Below are positions 1-13,147 of a stretch of 64,000 nucleotides of DNA, piece after piece (within the stretch, counting starts at the first letter, position 1; the number at the start of each line of letters is the position of its first letter). Made by a program: the position numbers and the translations under genes. The stretch spans positions 1,922,001-1,986,000 of the forward strand of contig JBLDXI010000033.1 in NCBI GenBank assembly GCA_047495785.1, given 5' to 3'. Source of the DNA: Lepidodermella squamata. Its lineage: Eukaryota; Animalia; Gastrotricha. Under the pieces are notes generated by a model, which was not told where the DNA came from, searched no databases, and saw only the letters and a program-made list of their open reading frames with translations.

Positions 1-1524
1 ATAAACACATGGCAGGAACAATGCAATAATAAAATAATAAATGTTGTTCTAGAGATACGGCCGCATGCAGAAAAAAGATGATGCCTCATCACTACTTGGC
101 ATGAGATAGCAATATTTTGCACACGAGGCGAACCGGCCGTCCGGCTGGCGACGTATCGAAATGAGCGCGCTCGCGCTAAGGAAAACGAACTTGTGTTTTA
201 TTAATATATTAAAGCCATGGACACATCATTTTTGCGACAGCCGATTGCGCGCTATGCGATTTCGCCGATCAATCTGAGACGCCCGTTAGATAATAAGGTC
301 GCTGTGATGATCGCATGCTGATTTTTGGTGCGATGGGCTACAACTTCTACTACTACGACACAACTATTACGTGCATCCTGCGTGCGCCCACCGGGCGGTC
401 TGCTGTAGAGTAGAAGGCGAGCGGGACTAGCCACTACTACCATCGAAAAAATTATCGACCGGCAGCGCAAAAAATCTATAATTCGCGGAAAAATGACCAT
501 GCACGTATGGTTGGCGCAGTCATACGGAAATGATGTCGGTATAAAATAATTCGACAACTAACAATCATAGCAAGCAAAAGGGACCCTCTGCAGGGAACCG
601 CCACATGCAAGCACATGTCAAATAAAATAAACATAAAATAATGTATTACTTAGTATTAATGGTCATCGCCATCATGAATGTGTATTAATAAATGCACCTA
701 CACAGAAATCGCGTCAGCCGGGCGATGATATTGTTATTTCAGAAGAGAGTAGGGCGACGGTAAACATATCAGTCGCATCGTTCTCGCTGTCTGCCGTAAT
801 TATTTCGATTTTTATTTTTAAGATTCAATATTAACGCACACTTTACGCCCTTTCGGCTAAAATGTTGAGCAAATAAGCGCAATACATATGCACGACGTGC
901 CATGTTTTTTTCAAACCGCCGTAAATATCGAAAATTCGATCCTGTGACAAAGTGTATAGGGAACTTACCGGTCTGCAATGCTTCCGGGCTGAACGGCCTG
1001 AATCCAAATACCGGAGTGCCGGCTCACAACACTAAATCCTAGGCTTATGCCTTCTTCTTTTCGCAACCGCACAGTCTAAAAATAGAAAACAGTCATTAAA
1101 CTCAGACAAATCTTCACTGTCTAAGCCTTACACGATGTATAAAATCTCTTAGCTGGAATAACTTCGTCGATAAAATATTTCTACTTGGCAATACAAAGAC
1201 GGCCCACCCGCGGAGGACATTAAGATGTTAAACTAGAGCGAAGCCATGTCAAATGAAGACGGTCCTTGACTATAATTTGACATATAACAACCTATAAGCT
1301 GAGAGCGCAAGAGCTAGCCGCACGCATCATCTGCTAACCTACATGTAGTGCTTGCTTACAGATCATGTGAAGTGCACAGTAAATCGTAAATAATACACAG
1401 CGACTATCTTAGGAGAAATAGGGTACGCATATACAGGTCATTAGTTCCATGAATTTGACTATCGCCGATAAACTTTTTTAGCCTACTTATTTTTTCCCAC
1501 TGTAAAAAATTGCGTGATTCTTAC

Positions 1525-2107
1525 CTCAAAATCGCAGCCTGGGAATAATCTCTCGAGGGTGACTCGCAGTTCGGAGCTGATACCCGGTTCCGAGTCATCC
1601 GGTTTCCTGGAAGATGGCGATGCTACGCGACTTTTCATGAGTTTCACGTGATCAGGTGACTCGTCGCGAGCGCCAGTCGAATGCGGCTCTTCAGAACCCG
1701 CGACAGCTGCCGCTACTGCCGCGCTCACAGTCTTCAACTTCAGTTCGCCGGATGAGGTTGAAATCTCAAAATCTGCTGCTGTAAGAGGAGTTTCGGAATG
1801 CTGTAGGTTCTGCAGCATTTCCAGAGAGTCTACACACACAGGGTACAAAAAAAACATAAATTAAATTACAAGGTCGCCGGCATAAGTAACGTGAAGAAAA
1901 AATTAATCATATCTCAAGATTCTTCAAGCGTAATCGATATCGTGCCGTGTGATCGAAAAAACTCACTTTGTATATTAACGAGCTGCTTGAATAGAGGGCT
2001 TTGTAAGGTGCATATCAGCTCTGCCAAATCCCTGTCGGCTGAAAGATCGCCACTGGCGCGCAGTTTGTCTCGAAGCCGAGCTAACAACGCTAAGGCTTGC
2101 TCCGCTT
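1525..2107 (-). CDS. 5' exons of a PATJ/MPDZ-like multi-PDZ scaffold (L27 domain); gene continues off the left edge
   Basis: Exons 2107-1967 (ttttcag|, |gtgagt) and 1829-1525 (tgtag|, |gtaag) splice in frame to AEQALALLARLRDKLRASGD...LQSPLFKQLVNIQNSLEMLQ...DFEI, which resembles the N-terminal L27 domain of MPDZ/PATJ (LQSPLFSQIL; fly QDSL...DFDI). The start exon is uncertain (possible ATGATGA|gttcgt near 2200). No PDZ domain was found in the window. Confidence 0.75.
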
Positions 2108-5100
2108 CTGAAAAACGCATGACGAAAAACGATCGTTAAAAACAATCAGTTAAGAATAGCGAACAAATTGATCAATAAAAAAGAAAAAATGAAACGAACT
2201 CATCATTTATTTTGGGCAAAGTGGTCGAGTACAAGAGGTAAAACGACGGAAACGAGCATAATTTGTTCCGTTGATGCTATCTCGCGAGATTTTCAAGCCA
2301 TGCGCATGTCAAAAAGTGATACATCGCAATGCGGCGGAGACGAAAAATAATACACATAAAGCGGCAGACGTTAATAAAGACACGTGGGCCCGATATGTAG
2401 CATATACGGCCGTGGTGAAGAGCCTCGCCGCGTGTCAGCTCTGCTTTTTGACACTTGACACGATATCTATGATGTGCCTATGCCTTGCAATTTGAAGAGG
2501 CGCCTGCTCGTCGAAGTGACTGAGGCTCATCAAAGCAAGGGGGACACTTGCACCTTGCTGAAAGAAACAGGCCACAAAAACAGCGATTACGACTATATTA
2601 TTTAATGAACGTAGCGCCGCCGATAAACATCAATCTTTTTGCAAAATTGTTTAACAAGACCCGCGACTAAACTACTTGTATATGTGGGGTGAAAGTGAAA
2701 AAATAATAGCCTTTGCATTCAAAAACGTAACCGAAGTGGGCGCAGAAAATTTTTGTTGGCAAATTGAACGCACAGACAAGGCACTGATAATGCAATAACA
2801 CGTAAATAAATAAATAAATAACGGCCATAAATTCAGAGAAAAAAGACCGTTAAATTCAACTGCTGAAGATGAGCAGCGCTGCTTTCATCATCTTAAGATA
2901 ACTAAATTGCATGAATAGGACCATTTATCAAAAATTTAAAGGCGTGAATAATGATTTAGGCAAAAACGGGGCGTGACTTGCCTTCTTTCAAGGACATGTC
3001 CAATTTCATAGTTTGAAATCAAGTCGTTTGAAAGCAGCCGTTGGAGCGAACAACAACACTCGGCAGCAACGTAGCGAAGAACGCCGGCGAAACGTTGTTT
3101 TCGTGTAGAACAAAATTGCGAAAAATCGGTGGCTTTTTATTAAGGCGGACTTTGTTAATTCAGCTGCAAACACGACACCGATATATTGGTAATAAATAAT
3201 AATAAGCACCACACACACACAGCTATAATCGAGCTGTTGATGTGTAAACAAATCTGCAACTTAAAATAACAACGTCTAAAATCTAGAAAAGAGCAAAGGA
3301 TCATTAACAAGTTATTAGCGTAATAATAAATCTCGTCATAATCTGAAAGCGTTGTTCGTGATTTCTTTTCTCATCACGCAATAACTGTGATAAATGATGT
3401 GACGAATTTGAAAATGCGCCACCAAATAATAAAATCCGTCGTAAAATTTGGCAGGGTTGTTGCTCATAAACAAGTCAGGAAAGGCTATCACAGGAAGGAA
3501 GTTGCCACTACTACCGCTCTAATACCCGCCACAATAGCGAGCTAGTAAGCTAGCTAGCATGAGAGAGAGAGAGAGAGTATCGTGTTGTAATGAAATTATG
3601 GACACAGTAGAAAAACTCGGCCGCGCGGCCGAATAATAAGCCGAGTATGCGCTCATTAGTATGCAATTTTGCTAGGGAATGGATGGCGCCGCACTAAAAA
3701 TCAACTCAACCAACATCCGCCCGAGCGATCATGGAGAATGGGAGCACAGGTACCAAAGTATTATAGCAAACTTGTTTTCAAGTTGCCTGTTGTTATTAAT
3801 ACTATTATTATTTATATTTATTCGCATTGCCAGTTACTGTGATGTGGTTGCAGTGTGAGTTGCAGGCTGTGTTGTGTTGTAAAATGGCCGCACAAACACG
3901 AATTTTATTTCGCATGACTTACAAATGACCGGGCAGGCATATACCAACTACACGGCGGCGTTATCCCAACGCAACTGCTGCTGCTGCTGTACAGGGCCGA
4001 AAGTTCGTGAAAATCATCATAATAAATGTTGCATGCGAAGCGCACGTGAGATACACGAACGAACGAGCGAACCCAAAGGTAGCGCGCGAGATGGACAGCA
4101 GCAGCAGCAGCGTTCAATGCGAAAACGGCCCGTTTGATGTCGTCATCGCTTAATCTCGAGACAATAACAATAAATTGATGAATCGAATCGTTATCTGACG
4201 TTTCTATTGTGCATGATCTGGGTAAGCTACTCGGCTACTTTAAGCGTGTTTCCATTTAGTTGTGGGTAGAAAACGACCACGTCAGAAGCTGTAATAGTAA
4301 TAAAACGCGCTGTTCTAGCTCGAGTGTTAATCAATGAAGAGCGAGCGCGTATATTGCCCGCGTCAACTCAGGTATAATATATATCATCGTTAGAGACAAC
4401 AAGGTGGCGACATTTTGACGATGGCGCTGCGGAGCAAGAACAAGAAGAAGACGACGACGACAACGACGACGGAAAACAAGGAGAGAGGGAAAACAAGCCG
4501 TAGCAAAGCCGCAAACTATCGCTGCGCAGTGATTATCACGGCCGGCGCTAAGAAAGCCAAGCATGTCTCTGAGCCCAGCCAGCTAGCAGTGTCAACACAA
4601 CACGGCCATCGAACTAATATTTATGTGCAAGGATAGCCATCGTGCGTGAAGTGGACGTTATTCCTATTCCTATTTATAACAGGATGGTAGGGTAGGCGCC
4701 GCAGGAATAAGAACAACGACACGATATCGAGCGGAAATTGGCAACGCGGATAACATGAGTTGTCTCCCCATTGCTGCTGATGCTGATACCTAGATGACAG
4801 GTGGGCGAAAATTGCCGTGAAGTGGGAGGGGGCGAAAAACAACGTAGAAGTCGACAGCTACGAAATTGGCCGCCGCCAGCTTATATTGCTTTGTTAAGTG
4901 CTGTAAATAAAAAGGCGAGTGAGCACGGTAATTACTTCAAAGCCAGGTAATAACAACAACAAATCGAGTGAGAAAGCCATTTGAAACCAAAACCACCACC
5001 ACCCTGTCTGACTGGTTGCATGGTCTTAGCTGTAGTTCTCTTTGCTTCACCGATCAGCCAACAAAGAAGATGAAAACAAAATAACACAATCAAGTTTCGC

Positions 5101-7443
5101 CCTCTTAGGCACGCATCCAAAACGCTGGCTCATTTACTCACTCGGCGCGCGAGTCGAAAAACGCGAGAGGCGTGAGGCGGTTAAGCTATTCAAGTACACT
5201 AATGGGCTTATATCTCGAGCCGCCGAGAATAAAACATGGCTCTTCATGCAGCCGTGAATCGCATGCAGGAATAGTAAGAGGTTTGGAACAAAATATGCAA
5301 AGATTTTAGGTTATTATCAAAGATATATCATAATATCCTATGCATACTTCTTACCGCGGTGTTGCAATCTCTCGAGCGGTAAAAAAACAAAAGCGAAAAC
5401 TGCCAGTACTTCTTACTGCTATTTAGTGTAATTGCCCGAAAAGAATTAGAAGCGAGCGTAAGGGAAGAACAATGCAAGGCCAATTGACTAGATGACACAT
5501 ACGAGAACGAATGAATTTCCCAGTAATGAAGCGTGATAATAATGTCAGCTTGCCGACAACAGAACCAAAGCCAGGAATTATAGCGCACTGAAAAACGTCA
5601 AGCCAATGTGTTGCTGCTTCTGCGGCTACTGTAATGATATAACAGCAGTAGATTTGTGAAAATTATATACACTGCCAAGACATAAACGTATAATATTTTA
5701 TTGTTAATGGCGACAGCGGAACGCAAAGACCGCTTGACGATGACGCTAAATATAATGAGCGAAATATAACACGACGAGGTTGTTAATAAGAAGTCTCCTC
5801 CGAGGACAGTGAAAACTAAATATACTACTGTGGTAATGGAAATAACAGCATAATGATGGTTATTATTATTATTATTATTATTATCATCAACACATATAGC
5901 TATAAAACTGCAACAATAACTTAACAGGGAAATTCCAACGAATTGCCGAGTAGGAAATATATGTCGATAATTATCCGTAATGCAAGGCGCAAACAATGCG
6001 GCACTATTCAAGTAGAGGACTACGCCGAAGACAAGCGCATCGATAATTGAAAACGCTGCGCATTGTATCGGCTGGACATTCCATGGTACATAGTACATAG
6101 CATTCGGCTGGTAATAACGCAACCCCCCAAGATGGGTCAAAGCGCCGGACAATCTCAACAAGCAAAAACAAGACACTCAAGGAATACACTGCCAAGATTC
6201 AGCCAACATTGCGCATATGCGTAAATAAAAAATAAGCGTTTACTTACGAATTAAGAGGTACAAGGAATTGGCGCAAATACGCGCAAAGAACAAATACACA
6301 ACGTAGGGATTTACATATAAAAACATCACAATGCTTTTGTCGTGAAAGTGGTAATCAATTTTCTCGAGCGAGAAAGTGTCGCATTGAAAAAGCTGTGAGA
6401 CCAAAAAATAAGTGAATTTGCTAGAGAATTGCTTAAAAAGCGTTATTTTGTGATAAGCGCATGCTCAACTAGTTTTGTTCGCCTCTTGGCTAAGAAGGCT
6501 CCTGTCTGATTGGTTCAGAGTAAACAATCCGCTAACCACTGGAATGGAAAATTTAAAGATATTCAAATTAAAACTCACAATAAATATTTGGACCCCGTGC
6601 GTCAAATTTGCCAATAGGGAATACCATATTTACCTACTTTCAAGACTCCATATTGAGGCGAATAAAAAACGAAATGTTAATCTCACTCATGATGTAAGGG
6701 TGATTTTGTCGAAAATAGGAAGCATAACATAGCTTGCATGCATTGCGTGCACTAAACTTCGCACTATTCTCGAATAGTTAACCTCTGTGCTAATGAGACC
6801 TGCTTTGATACAGGTTTGCAGTATATCTATGCGGTATTCCTTCATACTTGGAAAAGTGAAAATTTTGTGACTTTCATCTATATTTCTTGACAACACATTT
6901 GGCGCTAACAGAGGGGCAGAATAAATGTTATTTCAGTTACAAAGCAGCCTGAAAGGAATTAATGGCATCAGAATTGTAAAACGATAGAATAATACGTAAT
7001 CATACGGAATTAGGAACGCTTGCAACTTTCAAGATGAGATAATTTTGCACGAGTCACCCCATATTACTCCGAATAGAGAATCTGATGAGATAAGCCAATT
7101 TTGTTGGGGAAGTGCTATTGGCTTTCATTCGGTGTGGGTGCAATTTAACCCCACCCCAGCATCATTTCTCTTCAAACGAATTCTTAAAATAAGATACAAT
7201 CGTCCTAAAAAGGAGAAACCCTGATAGTTCTTCGTAAAGGTGAAACTACGTTGTGATTGAGCCGCCATTTGAGATATGTCCAAGACAAATTGATAATTGT
7301 TGAATCGGCATAAAAAATGATGCAGAATGGCAAATATATTTGTCATTTGACTGAATATTTGGCATTAGGTTGAATCCGCAGCGGTATACTGTATAAGTGA
7401 AAATTTTCGCGAATTGCCGTTTCAGATTCCATACGCCATGAAA

Positions 7444-7514
7444 TGCTTCCCAAGCAGCACGCTTAGAGAGCACTGCTTCGCAAGCATTGCTTCCCAAGCA
7501 ATTGATTGGGAAGC
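7444..7514. repeat. cluster of quasi-palindromic TGCTTCSCAAGCA units
   Basis: Copies at 7444-7456, 7474-7486 and 7488-7500, followed by an inverted partial copy (ttgggaagc). Confidence 0.6.
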
Positions 7515-7520
7515 GCTACT

Positions 7521-7770
7521 TTTTTGTTAATTAATTAATTTTATTTTATTTATCAGGCTTGTCGCACAGACATGGTTCTGGGTTCGAGAAGTCACCCCAC
7601 TAGCTCCTACTAAACGTTAAATGTTCCAAGCTCAGATTCATTTGGCTGGAGACTGGAGCAACGAGTCGTTCGGCAGTTCCAAGTCGAAAGTTGAAATGTA
7701 ATCAACTAGCAATCCCGGAATCAAGCCCGTGACCTATAAATGGTCAAAATGGTCTGCATATCTAACTAAA
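7521..7770 (-). mobile_element. possible degenerate tRNA-derived SINE
   Basis: The minus strand has a B-box-like head (ggtcacgggcttgattccggg, ~7714-7734) and ends in an A-rich ataaataaaataaaattaattaatt tail (~7525-7555). There is no second copy in the window to confirm it. Confidence 0.25.
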
Positions 7771-8931
7771 AGATTTCATGTGAAAAAAAAGTTGGCAAAT
7801 TTCTAACCCCTTCTGTCACCCGTCACCAAGAAAATAGGAGACAGCTTCAAAGGAAGGCATATAGAACAATCAAAGGTTCTTTGATCTGGCCTTCAACATT
7901 ATGTTCAGTGTACAGTAAAGAAGAATTCGGGCGTTTCGACAAAGATTTGCACGGTGAATAGCTCCATCGTTAGAATCTATAAAATGAATAAACAATAAAC
8001 CGGGAAAGAGGACGCGGCACTGAGCACGTAAGTAAGAGATAAGCCGAGGGCGCAATAAGAGAGGGAGAGAGATAGAGAGGCTAAGAGAAACCAAGAAAGG
8101 CAGGAGAAACTGAACGCGGCATTTTTTGAATTTCAATTCTTAAATGATGCATAAACTTGACAATTGTTTTGTAATAATATCGATCTGATATGACTAATTA
8201 GTAATAAATAAATCTGGAAAAATTATATTTTACATTACCCGCGTAATTTTTTTCAACCAAAGTTTTCGTTTTCGTGAGTTTTCGTCAGTCTCAGCCAGTT
8301 TTCAGTCTCAGTTGGCTCGACTAATGTGCTTTCAAGCTGAGTGTTTGTCATGCTTCATGCTGAGTCATCTTTTTAATGGATGCCAATATTTTTCGTGTTG
8401 TTTTGCCCTATCCTCATCAGCCGGTCTATCAGGGACAACCATCAAAGATGACCCTCGTCTCCTCTGGACAGCTGTGAAAGGCTTGAGCCTGTGGAAAAAA
8501 TGTCGGGAGTGCGGAGCGCGACGCCTCTTCTTTAGATTTTCCTAGTTAACTTCCAGTTTAAATGAGCGTCATTAAGCATTGAGCAATCCGAATCGATGCC
8601 ATGGATGTAATTGTTTAATTCGTCTTAGCTTTCTTCTAAGCGTTAACCTCGTGATAGAAGATTTCATGCTCTTAACAGTTAACAGTGCGTTTATTTGCCT
8701 TGATTTACCTGAAACTGCGAAACAAGCGATAGCAGATAGCATAATGAAATAGGCTATTGATGTCGAAGTTTTATTTCCGGAATCTCTGTGTTTCTCTATT
8801 AGGAATTCATGACTTCTCGTAACTTGGCTTCATTTCTTCCCAGTATGACGGCTGGAGGACGGAGTAATTTGTCTGCTATTTATGTCGGTTTTTAGGTATT
8901 TTACAGTAATTGTCAGTTATTGATCTTTGAA

Positions 8932-9540
8932 ATGACAAGCATATTGACGACTTTGAAAGTTCTTCTGGTTGGAGATTCGAATGTCGGAAAATCAAGCATA
9001 TTACTAAGATTCACCGATGATACTTTCGATAATGAAAAATGTCCCACGATTGGAGTGGATTTTAAAGTAAAATTAATATCTCTTAATGGTACCAAAGTTA
9101 AGCTGGCACTTTGGGACACGGCTGGCCAGGAGCGCTTCAGAACACTAACACCTGCCTATTATCGTGGTGCTCAGGGTGTTATTCTTGTTTACGATGTTTC
9201 CAACGCTCAGTCTTTCCGTCAGTTAGAAGAATGGCTGCAAGAAGTCGATCGTTATGCCACTAAAGCGGACATTGTAAAAATGGTCATCGGCAATAAAATC
9301 GATAAAGACTCGAGCGAAAGGGTTGTTAGTCGCGAGGAAGGCCTCAGATTTGCACGCCGTCATCGAATGCTATTTCTAGAGACATCAGCCAAGACCGCAG
9401 TTGGTGTTCAAATGGCTTTCGAAGAACTCGTCGAAAAAATAATCCAGAATCCAACGCTTTGGCAAGCTGATGAAAATTCACAAGATCGCGTAAATGTGAA
9501 CGGACAAAATGAAAATGCATCTTACTGCAACTATTGTTAA
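8932..9540 (+). CDS. RAB18: Rab18 small GTPase (coding region intronless, 202 aa)
   Basis: LTTLKVLLVGDSNVGKSS, RFTDDTFD, TIGVDFKVK, WDTAGQERFRTLTPAYYRGAQG, GNKID, AFEELVEKIIQ and a C-terminal YCNYC prenylation motif. First ATG is at 8932. Confidence 0.96.
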   Translation: MTSILTTLKVLLVGDSNVGKSSILLRFTDDTFDNEKCPTIGVDFKVKLISLNGTKVKLALWDTAGQERFRTLTPAYYRGAQGVILVYDVSNAQSFRQLEEWLQEVDRYATKADIVKMVIGNKIDKDSSERVVSREEGLRFARRHRMLFLETSAKTAVGVQMAFEELVEKIIQNPTLWQADENSQDRVNVNGQNENASYCNYC

Positions 9541-9749
9541 ACTTTTAATTTTGCTACTATTTATGCTACTATTCTCGCTAAGCAAGTGATTTATTAAGTC
9601 ATGATGTAAATAACGCGGTGTACATCGGAAGCTCTACCTACTTTGTAAAAATTGGAGACTGAATAAATTTTGACATGGCTTTGGTAACATTTGTGATAAT
9701 TTTTAAGATTTATAGCAGATGGCTTAAATTTTTAAATTTAACGGAGAAA

Positions 9750-10981
9750 ATGGAGATGCAGAAACTGATATCTCTCATTTTATATGGTGTTTCATCTTTC
9801 GCCATCACCGTGATAAACAAGATCGTGCTAACATCATACGGGTGAGGAATATACTACTGGTTTCAATTTATTAATTGCTGTACCTATACCCATTATTTAC
9901 AGATTTCCATCATATGCCTTTTTGGGCGTCTGCCAAATGTTGTTCATAATTTTTTTGCTTGGATTCCTGCACTGCACGAAACATGTGAAGCTGATAACTC
10001 TAACAACTAACAGTTTTTGGCAGATTATGCCACTGCCTCTGCTGTACCTGATGAATCTATTTTTCGGTCTGGGTGGAACTAAAGAGCTAAGGTGACTCGA
10101 TCAGAGTAACAACTGGCTGGGGATTACTAATTCTTTCTGTTCTTCTCCAGTTTACCTATGTTTGTGGTACTGCGACGCTTTGCCATTCTTTTCACTTTGA
10201 TTTTGGAATCTATAATGCTGAAGTGAGTGGCTGGAAATTATTTTTTCATGTGTAATGGCTCAATTTTCCAGGGAGAGACCATCCATGCAAGTAAAGGTTG
10301 CAGTTTTCATCATGATTTTCGGTGCTCTTGTTGCTGCTTGGTCCGACATGGGTTTCGAAATAACTTCTTACATGCTGGTCACGTTCAACAATTTGGCGAC
10401 TGCTGCGAATAACGTCTTGATTAAAATAAAACTAGTCAATAAAGTGAGGTTTCAGATCTGGTTAAAAATAAGTAGCTAACGGGTTTTTCTACAGGATGTC
10501 GACAAGCAATCTTTGGTGTTTTACAATTGCCTCTTTGGAATTTCCCCGTTATTTTTCTGGACCTTGTACAACGATGAATTCTTAGATGTGAGTTATTAAC
10601 GCTGAAAATTTCCGAAAACCATATTATTAATGATTCTAGGTTGTTGAGTTTGAAGAATGGTTCAATTATTCGTTCATCGTAGCTTTCCTCATGTCTTGCT
10701 CATCCGCTTACTTGCTGCTGATTTCTGGTGCCTGGTGTATTGAAGCGAACAGCCCGTTGACAACGACTATTGTTGGCGTCTTGAAGAATTCCATCGTAAC
10801 CTATTTGGGTATGGTTATTGGAGGTGATTATCTCTTCAACTGGCCGAACTTCATCGGTGTAACCGTCAGCTTAGCCGGTGCTCTAATTTATACTACTGCT
10901 TCATCGGCACCGAAAACGTCATCTCGTGCCAAATTAGACGACGTCAAAGTCGAAAAATCAAATAACACCTCAACTGCCTGA
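9750..10981 (+). CDS. SLC35D-type UDP-sugar transporter (frc/sqv-7/SLC35D1-2 family)
   Basis: Six exons with GT-AG junctions that keep the frame: 9750-9841, 9903-10091, 10151-10222, 10272-10443, 10495-10587, 10640-10981. Motifs: ITVINKIVLTSYGFPS, GLGGTKELSLPMFVVLRRF, NSPLTTTIVGVLKN, YLGMVIGGDY. Confidence 0.9.
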
Positions 10982-11088
10982 ATCTTTATTTGATAATATA
11001 CCTATAGTATTTGTTACGAAATAGCATGGGTAAAACAATGCTTCCCCTCTAATGTTTTTTTCTGTTTTTTTAGCTTGAATTTTATATC

Positions 11089-12253
11089 ATGGAGTGTCCG
11101 GAGATTGAAAAACTGAGAGATGAGCTTGCGCGTTTGCGATCTTCTGACGATTCATTGGTGCTGGCGAAGCAAGTTGCTGAGACGTTCGAAACCCAACTTA
11201 TGGCAACATTACAGGCTAATGCTGGCAAACCTCTTTCACTTCAACAATTGCACGATTCTCTGAAAAATTGGGGCGCGTTCCTCCAGCCGACTGTTCGAGC
11301 TGCCTCCAACCGAATCGCCGGCTGTCCGAGTTTCGGCATAGCTGAAACGGTGGTGAGCAACGTGATCCGCCGATTGTTGAGAATTATTCGTGCCGAAGCA
11401 ATTCTCATCAACGACTACCAAGCAATGTCATTCACCAGTGAGCTGGACGAACCGATTCATCGCCTGCTAACTGGCTCGGCGTTATCGACAGCCGGCGATC
11501 AACAAGAAGCACCGCCTATTGCGAACTTGGTCGAAGCTTTGACCGAGTATGGCTTTGAGTTGGATTCGCTACGCGATTCACTTGAAAATCGAGCTGCTGA
11601 GTTTGCTCGCGAATCTTCAGCTTCATCGCGCGTTCTCGTATTCGGACGAACCAGGTCGACGGCTGCGTTTCTTCGGGCGTTGTGTAAATTCCACAACAAA
11701 CGCTCGCCTGGTGCTCCCCTCTCGTTGCTGGTCGCCGAAACTGGAATGTTCAGTACGCAGGTTAACCACGATGGATCTGATGCTAATGCATTTGTCGGAG
11801 ATTTGAAACGCCTTGGAATTCAGGTGATTACTAAATTATGCAAAAAATCGGTTTAATTATTGCTTTTCTCTGCTTCAGGACGTTTCTTTGGTTGACGACC
11901 ATACCTGGTATTCGCTGCTGGTTCCGCGAGGTCATTCGCCCTCGGCCATTCGAATGGTTGTGATCAGCGCCATGGCAGTTCTAGCCGATGGATCTGTTTT
12001 AGCCGCGCCCGGTGCTTGGTTTTTGGCCCTTGCTGCTCAACGCGGCGCCTTGCCCGTTATCATAGTTGCTCCTCAGTACAAACTGACCCCGGCGTTCAGA
12101 GTCACAAATGCCGCGCCTCGTTTTGACGTTTTGAACCCGGATTTGGTGAATTTTATCGTGACTGATATTGGCACATTCTCGCCGGCCAACATTGTGAAAG
12201 CCATGGGAGAACTTTACGGACTCCCAGATAGCAGCACTTGCTTTTCGCCTTAA
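11089..12253 (+). CDS. EIF2B2: translation initiation factor eIF2B subunit beta (divergent, ~369 aa)
   Basis: Exons 11089-11823 and 11879-12253. ETVVSNVIRRLLRIIRAE matches the beta-subunit ETTVGNMVRRVLKIIREE motif; also LLVAE, VLADGSV, APQYKLTP and FD...PDLVNFIVTDIG...MGELY. Confidence 0.8.
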
Positions 12254-12334
12254 AATCGCCGAGCCTCGTTGTGCAATAAAGTTATTAAGGAGTATTGAAA
12301 ACGCGATGTTATTTAGTGTTGTTTAACATTAAAA

Positions 12335-12728
12335 ATGAGCGGCAATCCGGGTCGTTCGACAAACGAAGCTGAGCGGCAGAAGAAAATCCGAGGTGCAACT
12401 TTTGCATCTGATCCTGACAAGAATCCTTGTCTTGAGGAACATAAACTAGCGATGAAATGCTTGGATGAAAACAGCTACGACCGTGAAAAGTGTCAGTTTC
12501 ACTTTGCAAACTACAAGAGTTGCAAAAAGTTTTGGGTTTGTTGAAACTATTCGAATCAGACGCATTTTTCTAACATCCATCCGAATTCAGGCGTATGTCT
12601 CAGACCAAAGGAAGGCAAGAGGCCAGTATCCCTATCTGCCGGTAGCTAGCGAACGCGATCAAGTGCGGCAAGAAATGATGAATGAAATGGTCACTGAGTA
12701 TCAGAACAACAAAAAGAAGGCAAAGTAA
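12335..12728 (+). CDS. CHCHD7: mitochondrial twin CX9C protein CHCHD7/COX23
   Basis: Exons 12335-12535 and 12591-12728 (55-nt intron): DPDKNPCLEEHKLAMKCLDENSYDREKCQFHFANYKSCKKFW|AYVSDQRKARGQYPYLPVASERD. Confidence 0.9.
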
Positions 12729-13147
12729 ACCCTAGTAACGAAATATGTGTGCTGCTTTCATTCGCCTGTGATGCTCCATTATATTTTGTCGTCTTCCTTG
12801 ATAATTATTTGGACCAGTCGCCTTGATACCTTAGAAAAGTAAACCAAAACCATTTTTCTAATTGTTTTTGAGTTACATAAGATCCAGTTCATTGGAAATT
12901 CGCTCAGTCGAATGATTTACACAATATTTCCGATTTCAATGAAACATAAAGAGTTGAAGCAGCATACGTGTTTTATTCGAGCATAATTCGCATAATTGAA
13001 CAGTCACAGTAATAATATTTTGAAATTAATGTTTGAAATTGATGATTTTATATGCAAATCAAGATGGTTAAAATGATGAGAAAAAATCACTAGTTGCAAT
13101 AACGTTGAGTCAAATCAAATGATTTCAATCAGTTCTGATCATGATTG

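Noticed and set aside
252-8545. Many 60-190 aa ORFs on both strands, other than the L27 exons
   Set aside because: Low-complexity, microsatellite-derived translations with no family motifs; many begin at non-ATG codons.
8932-9540. Intronless Rab18 as a retrocopy
   Set aside because: ORF and motifs are intact, no polyA remnant or target-site duplication is visible, and intron loss is common in compact genomes.
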